A stretch of DNA of 64,000 nt from contig CM120645.1 in the NCBI GenBank assembly GCA_051362555.1, positions 20,212,001-20,276,000 of the forward strand, given 5' to 3'. This DNA comes from Lingula anatina (taxonomy: Eukaryota > Animalia > Brachiopoda). Position 1 is the first letter of the stretch. Every line of letters begins with the position of its first letter. A program made the position numbers and the translations under genes. The notes under the pieces were generated by a model. That model saw nothing but the letters and a program-made list of their open reading frames with translations, was not told where the DNA came from and made no database searches. Positions 54,217 through 64,000 of the stretch are shown one piece after another.

Positions 54217-55224
54217 ATGCTGCTGAAGGTGGCGTGTTGCGCCCTAGCGCTAGCATGTGTCAGCGCCGACATCTACTTACACAACCCTCGAGGATCAAAT
54301 AACCGGTTGAACGAAAAATCCGCCAACCGTAAAAATGCTAACAGGGGGTTCGATTCACAGGTACGCTATATATTTCAACGATTTGACGTTTAGTTTTTTT
54401 ATGCTTGTAGCCATTAGCAACCCTTACAAAGCGACTCTAGATCTTAACTGTCTAATTATGTTGTTATTGATTGCAATATGATTATTAGTTTTAATGAAAA
54501 TGATTAATTGGCTAATTGCTAAGTGCATTTTTAAGTGGTCAAAATAAAGACTTAAAGTCTATTTTAAGACATCCACTCATAAAAAATCGTGTCCATTAAC
54601 ATTGATAAAGGTGCGGATCTCAGTTGACAGTTACCGAGAGCCAAACCTCAGTAAATGTGACTAACTTTAGTAAACCTAAGGATTGGCCTTAGATTTTTAG
54701 AAGACCTCCGGTCATTGCACCCGTGGCTCCTTTTTCTTCCGGGCAGAAACTAGTACTGTAAGAAGATAATTACCTAGTTAATTTCATGTTTTGTGAATAA
54801 ATTATTTCCATTCCGTTGCAAATTCACGGTGTATTGGCCTGGCGAACATTCGAATAAACGGGTGGCTTGGAAAATGGCGGCCGCACACATGAACGCTACA
54901 GAACGCGGAAATGAACAGTGGCAATGACCCAGAGATGCGTACATGTTTATCTTTGTTTTTCCAAATAAATTATCTCCTCTTCGTTTTGACTCAGTGACGG
55001 ACAGATATAATCTGAACAAAGTTCGGAAAGGTGGCTCTTCACACTTTGTGCATTCGTCACTCAGCGCGCCGTGCAATCTCTCCCATCTTATCGAGCTACC
55101 GAGCCTAGGACGGGTTTGTGGTCTGCTCACTGTCATTTTTCACTCCAGAAATCAGTTTATGGGACGTCAAAATCAAACTCTTGGAGCCCGCTGCATTCTT
55201 TTATTGGTTTCCGTATTTTATCAT

Positions 55225-55260
<36 letters not shown>

Positions 55261-56058
55261 CGTGTACATTTGCATATGTGCGTGTGTGTCTGTTACTTTT
55301 TCTTCACATTATCTTTCTCGTACAAAGACAGAACAGATACTGCTCAGATTTAAAAAAAATATTTGTGCACGGAAATGAACTTACTCAAGTGATTTAATAG
55401 TTTATCATTTAAATTTTTATATCTTTGGACTGGCCAGGACACTCATAATTTGTTCACAATGCTATTTACCCACTGAAAATAAAATTCGATCGTTTAAAGC
55501 CCAAGGAATAAATTATTATTATCATTATATAAACGTGAATATTTACCGAAGGGAAGTTTCACTCCCGAATTCCCTACTTGCAAATCTACCACAAGTTCGC
55601 GATTGACAACTAACCAATGACTGCAATTAACTTTTCAGTACATCTCTATTATGGTGTAAATAGCCACCATACCACCTTCTCCTTGCGCAATGCTTTCTTG
55701 TTAAAGCGATGAGCACCTGCGTCATTACGACATCGGGTTGTTTATATCTTGTTCTGATAACAGTTTACTTCTGCAAAATTCGTGCGTGAATTGGCAATTT
55801 CCCAAAGGTTGCATAGGAGGTTGCAACTTGTGACCGTTGTATAACAGTTTATATCATTGTATTACCTTTGTCAGTGCAAGTAGAATCAGTATCGATCGGT
55901 ATTCGTTATATTAGATCAAAGCAATAGGTGTGTTTGCTGTAGCACGTGCATCGCCTGACAGCGAAATGTTTACCTCATCTCTGGGGGCATTTTATTGTGA
56001 TTAATTGTTCGAACACGTGTACTAGTAGTTACAGCCACCTTTTCTTTAAAAACACAAA

Positions 56059-56089
<31 letters not shown>

Positions 56090-59000
56090 AATGAGAAAAT
56101 GTGATTAGAAAAACGAAATATATTAAAGAGTGAATACGGCATTGCCCAAAATGACCCCTCCCCCCCCCCCCCCGGCCCACACTGGATTATTATTAAAGCA
56201 AAAAGAGTTGTTGGCACACTGCGTCAAACCTTGACATCCCACATAATCGGCGAGCATTGCTTAAATCACATTTCTAAATAAGATTTCGATTTTGCAAGCA
56301 CACCTATAATTTGTGTTTACTGAAGCGGCAGATTTCGTGACCGAAGGAAAATGGACCTTCTTACAGATATTTGGGGTTGGCATGATCGGTGAAAGATTAC
56401 CCCTTTTTTTCATCCAAGGACAATCTATTGGTTCGAATAAATGGTGCGGTTCAAGGGTGTCTCCCGAGTTATTTTCATTATGTGTTAGGTTACTCTAGGC
56501 CAGTACCTTTGTAGAGAAACCACATAAGCCGCATTATGAATAGTAGTTCATTCATCACTGCTGGTTAACACCAAGCGCCCCCTCTTTTTTGAGGATTTGT
56601 ATTAAGCAATGCACATTATTGATAGCAACATCACGACTTCATTTCAAGTCAATACAAAGGTCTAGTCACGAAAGTTTGAGTTTCACCAAGTTTTCAAGGT
56701 TAAGAAGACGATGATTTAATGCTTTACTAGTCGCATAGAAATGAAAAAGCTTTTATTTTCATAGGTTGTTGGGATTGCACGCAATTAGATCTTTTGGTTG
56801 AGAAAGGGTGCAGATTTAACGAATTATGAAATCACGAACCACCACGAAATAGTAAAGACCTGGAAAAACCACAGAGATTTTTCAAATTGTAACCAAGGGG
56901 GTGCTCCGAATGAGTTGGTTTTAACACTGCCTATTTTACAATATCATGGTGCATTTTCTTATGTGTCCTGAAAAATGAAAAAGCACTGGGCACTTGATTT
57001 TAGTTATTAGATAGCCTCTGCCCCAGGCACCCTTTTGAACAAACAACAACAGGACACGACAAAAATATAACACCTCGGGTTTTGGTAAATAAAAAGGAGT
57101 TTACTATCCTGGGGAGGTGTTTAATGAAAGCGAGGGGCGATAAACCCCAAGGTCTAGACAAATATTCACGACACGAACCAATTTTATAGTACAATAGTCT
57201 GAAAGATAATCCGAATCCAGAGAGTATTAAAGGAGACCAAATCACAACGACGGGGCATGACATTTACTTTTATTAGATTTGATATGACACGAAATGTTGT
57301 CACTGAAGGCCAAATGACAAAGGGAATAATACAATGCGCAAAATGGAATCGGGAATAGAATATTATTATACGGGTCACGTATTTTTTATAAGCTTGTAGG
57401 GCTCTACGGTCTAGAAACCATCATTATTATTGATCGGTGGATCAATTGGTGGTTCAATTTGTAGACCTTTTTGCTTCTAAAACGAAATTTACTATCTTTC
57501 GTCAGTTACAAAGGTAAATTTAATTGAAATTTAATGTGTAATATGATAAATCCCCTTTTGTGAAATGAGACATTGACAATATATATTTAGACCAAAATAG
57601 TAGCGTCACAATCCTAATCTTACTCCAAATAATGACACCAATATACCCGATGACGGGGTACTTGAGAGGTGATATCAAATTGACGCAATTATCATCCCAC
57701 CATTGTATTAAAACATTATTTCCCGACCAGTTACTTTGCATCTTGGCACGTACAACAAGGGGATTTGCCCCTATTGTACACACGAAAAGAATGCCCATTA
57801 TCCAAAGGTGGTGACCTTATGACGTAGGTAAATCTAAGTGACAGTGAGGGCATGACTTTAAATGTTTGCACTCTATTATATTTACCCCTTGGGCCTTTTA
57901 AACGTGTTCACCCTGCCGAATAAACATTGGAAATAAATGGAAAAAATTGGTGCGTAGGTATGTAAGAAGAGCTGGACAAGGTGTGGAGGGCGTGCGTTAA
58001 TAAAGGCTCTGTCAAATTCAATCGTAACAGCGACAGATAAGGCCCTTAAAGAAGTTGGCAACATTATACGATATCAAGCTCTCTATTTCCGTATGACTCC
58101 CATAGTTTGTTACTTGGTGCTAGGCACGATCATTTAAAATCAATGGAATAAATGGAAGCATCTGAGATAGCATTAAATGAGCCATTTGGCACTGCAAGAC
58201 TAAAGAATACGTGCTAGAATCTTTCCAATTATTTTTTTATAACAAATGCACGTTTGATAAGATTCTTTCACTACAATATTGCTTTGCTCTGTGAAGAATA
58301 TCCATCATCTGTTTGTTTCCATATTCAGATAGATTTCCATACATTTCTTAATTTTTCCACACCTTAACTTAAACAACCAGCAACAAATAATCTTTAAACG
58401 ATGTCCCTGTTATTTAACAACTCAAAACCCCAAACATTTAAATATTTTCACACACTGACACAAAGAAAGAAAAGAATAGACTTTTAAAATAACGTCTCTG
58501 CAAATATTTCAAAATAATGCAATATACACTTTTCAATTATTTCAGAACAATAACAGAGGAGGTTATAACGTTGGGGACAAGACAAGCCAAGCGTTCGCCA
58601 CCGAGGATGATCAATATCAAATGGTAGGCCTACGTATTTTATGTGGAAACCTGCAGAGATACACATTCCACTTACAAAACCAATTCTTCAAATCTTTAAT
58701 CATCCCCTGAATTTCAGAAAATTGTACTGGAGCTTTAATAGGAAAATGAATCAATAAATAAAGTAGTTTTACTAACTCAATCGACCATGTTTTACAGAAA
58801 TATTTCCAAAGTGGAGACGACCCAGAGGCGTCACCTAGCAACCTGGTCGTGGAATGGACCAATCAGCACGGTTGTGGCGGAAGCGAGGACGATGACCCTC
58901 ACAAGGTCAACTGTAACCTCGTGCTACAGTACATGTGTCAGCCAGCTGACGTAGAACAAGGTAAATAAAATGAACTTGTTTTTTTTTTTCTTTTGTTTTT

Positions 59001-60973
59001 GTGATGTAATGCCGCAGGTAATGATTCTTTGGTCCCTTTTTGTGATCGTAGTTTTATCTTTCGGTAAACATATGCCTAGCCAGTATTTGGATACTTCATT
59101 ACTAGATCAGATGATAATAATAATAATTTTATTATGCTAATTATTATAATAGTATAGAATTTTTAGGTGCAATTCATAAAATTCTCAATGAACCTTGCAT
59201 AATATCTAGATTTATTAAAACTAACTGCCAATAAAACAATTCAAAATCACTTTCAATATACAGAACGCAATAAACTTTAATTAAGCAACAATATTATACG
59301 AAACTACTCATGCTACATAAGTAAACAGTTTACAAAATATATTGATAACGTAAGGCGTTTTCAATGCTCACCCTTAATCACTGCAGGCGAACTTCACAGG
59401 ATCAGGGACGGGCTTACCACGAACACGCAAGGTTACACCCGCCCAACATCACTTACCGAGGACCGCGCCACTTTCGAAGCTCGCAGAGCAGGGCAAGTGA
59501 AAGAAGATCGATTTCTTCAAGAGCCATTTGAGTGGTACGACAAGTGTTTTGTTCGGGAGAGAAATAAAGGTATTTTGAAATCAGAGAAGACGCAGTGTAT
59601 AATGTTGACACTGGCCCTAAATGCGAGAAAAAACTGAAATCCTGTCAGTACATTCTGTAGTTGCTACTTCTGCTCTGAACCGTAGGGTTTATGGACCAAG
59701 CTGTTCCAATGGGCCAGAAGGCTATTTTGTGCATAAAAGCTGGGTACCTATTGTGGTCTCATAATCTATTCAATAATTCATTTAAAGGTATTTTTTGTCT
59801 GTTATAATAAAGTTTGGGATATATTATAGTTCATATATAGTTACCTCACATGCCTGGTTTGTAATTATAGAGACGAAACTGAGACAGCGGTTTCAGTCAT
59901 TGAAGCACATTTTGTATGCATATTCCCTTTCACTGTCAGTGACTTTTCAAAACAAAATTTGAGTTTTGAAATATATTTTCCTATTTTCATTATTAGCATG
60001 GAAATAAAAAAACAACGGTTACATTAACATATACATATATCTCATCGTTTTGTCTAGGTCTTTTCACCGCTGATCAGAACCTGCGCAGAAACAACGGTCT
60101 GCGTGTCAGCAGCGCCATCTACACAAGACAGAACAGAAATGGCCAAAGAAGAGGCTACGAGTGCCCCGAGGAGAGAGATTACTACCCATACTGGCATCCG
60201 ACTCCATGGAAGGATATCGTTGTCTTGGCAGAAAACGCTAGCCTGTGCGATACGTGAGTGTCACATATACTATTCACAATACCTTTCTAGTTTAACGTGA
60301 CGATTAGATGATTAAAGTTATTTGAATAGTGTTAAGTGAATAAAGTCAGACGAAAATGAAATTTTACACATGACTCTGATAAGTTTTGATTTCATTCTCA
60401 TTCAACTGGTCTGTCTTAATCCCACTATTGTAATGTATAGATAGAAATGTTTTATGATAGTAGCTTTTAACTAATTTGAAAGGTGGAGTATGCCTCTTAA
60501 AATTGTACAAGTTAAATTGAAAGCCCCGCCAAAAAAACTTTCGGTCCAAGGACTTTTAAAGCCCACTGTAAAAAGATACGCACGATGTCATTACTTAACT
60601 GTAGGTGCATTTCATTTCTTACCTATCAAAACTCAAAAAACAAATCTTGGGTACAGCTTAGCCCAAAGATAAATAGATACATGTACCAAAAATTCATAAA
60701 TATTGATAAAACATTATTTGATTATTTCTATTTCCAGACATTACAGAAGCAAGAGTTTCAACACCCATAAATACGGAGAGTGTGTTGAGGGCGGCCGCCA
60801 TTTTTCCAAATATAACAACCCCGATGCTTGTACGGAGGCTGGGCACCAGTGGGTAGAATTCTCCAACTATCTAGAAATCTCCACTGGTGAGTGGACATTA
60901 AAAATGATAATTTTCATTTGCCTCTCCAAAATTTTATTCACCTTTGGGTCTAGACTATTTTAAGCTTATCCAT

Positions 60974-61025
<52 letters not shown>

Positions 61026-61696
61026 TTAAAATGATAACTATTATTTGCCTCTCCAAAATTTCATTCACCTTTGGGTCTAGACTATTTTAAGCTAACCAAT
61101 ATTTATTTGCATATTTAGGATTTTTAATGTCTTTGAATATGGATATTTCAGAGGATAACCGGGCAGACTGTGAAGAGGCGGGTCGCGTGTGGGCAGTACC
61201 ATACGATGCAGTCACTGGGACTACGGAACAGAAATGTCTCGTCCCTCTACCGGAAGTGGACTGCATGGAGGCGCCATGGTCAAGGTGGGTATGAGTACAG
61301 CGGCGTCATTAATGTGTGCTACGCAGAAAACGCGATAGGGATGTTGACGTTACTATTCACACGGGCAGTGCTGTACGAGTTGCGCCAGTCTTTTTTTTCT
61401 TCATTTTCCTTTTCTTGTAATTTGTTGATTATTTTGTATTCTATACAGTTACTAATTCAAACAAGGTTGGATGATGATATTTTTTTACTCGATAACGTTA
61501 GGTCCACTGTACAGAGAATCAACAAAATTTAAAAGGAAAAGATTAAATCCGTAGGAGTAACTTCGACAACTGTTTCACATTATCGCGATGCGATTATCAT
61601 ATTCGAAATCATTATGAACAGTACTTCGACATGTAAATCAATCATATACGTAGACTGAAAATAAATGCGCATATCTACTGAATTATATTTATTCCC

Positions 61697-61727
<31 letters not shown>

Positions 61728-63712
61728 GAATGATGCTAAATACATCTCCGGTGCATAAAAAAAGAAGCAATGAAAGTTATGTATTTGGCTCAATTGTAAC
61801 ACTGTTTGCCAGCATTTATTTCCAATGACTTTTTTCTTTATCTTTCTCTGTCATAAGTGGAAATTCTTATTTTTGCTCTGGATTGTATCATTTGTACTCA
61901 GCCATGTTTATTTTAATATACTATTACACCAATGCTTTTAACATATTTTAGAGTTAATCATAATGGCAACGGCAAAGACGGCGTGCCTCTCAACTATACT
62001 TGGGTTTTGCCTTACTTTCCTTCCGGGCAAGATCAAAAATGTGTTTTCAGAATAAGGTGGGTATTGGAACCATGATACATTTATCATTACTTAATTAACC
62101 AGTTTACTATTTTAATTATTAATTAGGTATTTCATTAAATTCTTTGATTTTGACAGTTAGAAGTTGTCAGAAATAATAATAATAGGAAGTTTCGTGTTGA
62201 GCAATGCCAGAACTTTGCGATGGTAAAAGGGCAAAATCAACAGTTTCTGTGGGTTGGTTTAGGTACAACATCACCACTGACGATTACGACCCCTACAACA
62301 CCGACTCGACAGAGAACGGCGCCGCAAATTCTCCGGTCACCAACAACCCCAATGTGGACATCGGCGCCGACCTTTCGCCTCTCCGCCTGAATATAAACAC
62401 CGCCCAGTTCGGCAGGGTGTTCCAGGACCGTTCACACGCCTTCATCCTCAGATCTCGCCCAGCAGAAATACAAGGGACGCTGCACAACCTCAACGTCCGC
62501 GGAAAGAGGGGAAACATCGTGCAAACGTACCCGGCTGTGGAGTACGATTTTATTCCCACCGAACTTCACATGACTGAAAACGACTTGGTGCACGTTCAGT
62601 GGACAGGTATTAAAAAAGAATTATTGAAACTATTAGTAACAGTAATAGTCAAATACAAAATGATGATTCGGATGATTAATTTTTCCTATATTTTGATATT
62701 CTAATATGAAACTTTTTTTCGACAATGTAGGTTGTAACATTGCATAAATTTTGACGATGTACTTTGCTTGCCTTCTTGTGGTAAGAAAGCGTATTATATG
62801 CATTGACACTATTTGGGATTCACATCCCTTTATCTATTATTTTTGTTGGTTATTAAAAAAAAACCAAATTATCGTTTGTAAATTCTTAAATATCTATCTT
62901 TATTCAACAGTTGAATCATTTATTCATCATTCTTGTTTGCTTTTTTTCATACTGCTTTTCATTCTAAACAAATTTTCCAGGCTCTAACACACACAACAAT
63001 GGCGCCCCTGGCGGCGACGGCCAGACGGGTGATGCGGGACAGGGCAAAGCCGGTAAGTACTTGCCTTCTACCAGGGTCATACACCCCATTCTCATAGATT
63101 AGATCGACCTACATTGGATCGACCTAACTCCCTGGGGGTTCACGCTAAATAGCTGTCAGCCGGGCGGACACGAAAGTTAATTACCCCTTAAAGCTTGTAG
63201 TAGGCGGGGACGGACACTTAAGGGGGATTATCTGACAGTAATCTAGTGAGACTCCCCGCGGTGATAGATCGATCTAAAAGTTGTGAGAACAGAGTCATAG
63301 AGAGATATATCGTTGTCACTAGATATTCACAAACATTTTAGATATTCACAAACAATTATAGCTAATTCTGGGCACGTTATATATATATATATATAGCTTT
63401 GTAAGTTACATTTAATTTATATTAAAACCTTTTTTCTCCACATAAACATTCCCTGACTTAAACTTTAAGATTATAAAATTTACTTCACGCAAAAGTTGTT
63501 TTAACTTTTCTAATTTTTGTCATATTACTATCATACTTAGGCACAGACAGACATAACTTTGTCGAACTTTTGGACCGGAACCACAACTTTCCCAAGCCGT
63601 TCGAGCAGTCGACCTTCTGGCAGAATGCAGAAGTAAAATGGATATACTATGGCAGCACGGCATCAACAGCTAAAGGTCTTGCCTTGAATATGGCTACTTC
63701 TGGATATTATGA
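54217..63712 (+). CDS. DD3-3: DD3-3-like protein, divergent paralog E (partial; continues beyond window end)
   Basis: Exons 54217-54360, 58546-58623, 58798-58960, 59387-59569, 60058-60253, 60738-60886, 61152-61284, 61952-62056, 62263-62606, 62981-63052, 63541-63712; phases join in frame. [116 protein letters not shown]. No stop is reached inside the window. Confidence 0.9.
60900..61095. repeat. Local ~65-bp direct duplication separated by (TTTA)n in a paralog E intron
   Basis: aaaatgataa..atttgcctctccaaaattt.attcacctttgggtctagactattttaagct occurs twice. Confidence 0.85.
63081..63295 (+). mobile_element. ~200-bp MITE family, copy 3 (paralog E intron), more diverged
   Basis: Same core ctaactccctgg..gttcac.ctaaat..ctgacagtaatctagtgagactcccc and gatcgatctaaa termini. 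Confidence 0.78.
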
Positions 63713-63771
63713 GTATGTATTTTCTCTCTCTCTCTCTCCGTCTCCCTCTCTTCCTCTCTCCTTTTTTTTTT

Positions 63772-63811
<40 letters not shown>

Positions 63812-64000
63812 ATGGAAATAAAAATATGTGGAGAAAAGAGACTATTGAGATTAACGGTGGATTAATATAGTAGCCACCTAAGTATTTTGACGCTTCTGTC
63901 GACAATAATACATGTATTTGATCATAAATTTTTGAGATCATATCTGAAAATATTTATTTGTCCAGTATTAGCACTCGTAAATCCGTTTCAATAGTCACAG

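Noticed and set aside
55500-57900. Possible transposon remnants or a nested gene in the long first intron of paralog E
   Set aside because: Some repeat-like stretches, but I could not define TIRs, TSDs or a recognisable protein motif.

Overview
AT-rich, intron-containing animal (probably invertebrate) genomic DNA; the species cannot be named from sequence alone. The window is dominated by a cluster of five DD3-3-like genes. Four share one 11-exon structure and encode signal-peptide proteins of about 580 aa with no C-terminal transmembrane segment: A + 271-15452, B - 24768-32120, C - 34059-42370, D - 45809-53287. A more divergent fifth gene, E (+ 54217 to past the window end), lies head-to-head with D and has a largely different intron pattern. 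Gene A carries a full-length, apparently very recent 8052-bp BEL/Pao LTR retrotransposon 8 bp into intron 4. It has 720-bp LTRs, a GCATG target-site duplication, a 1-nt frameshift in RT, and a non-tRNA PBS complementary to its own LTR, which suggests self-priming. Between A and B sit a three-exon carbohydrate sulfotransferase (Sulfotransfer_2/CHST family), a small orphan gene and a ~134-bp minisatellite. The window also holds MITEs, a CACTG-type non-autonomous DNA transposon, an L2/CR1 LINE tail and a relic exon of a lost paralog. All exon models were built by eye from GT-AG sites, frame continuity and cross-paralog homology.
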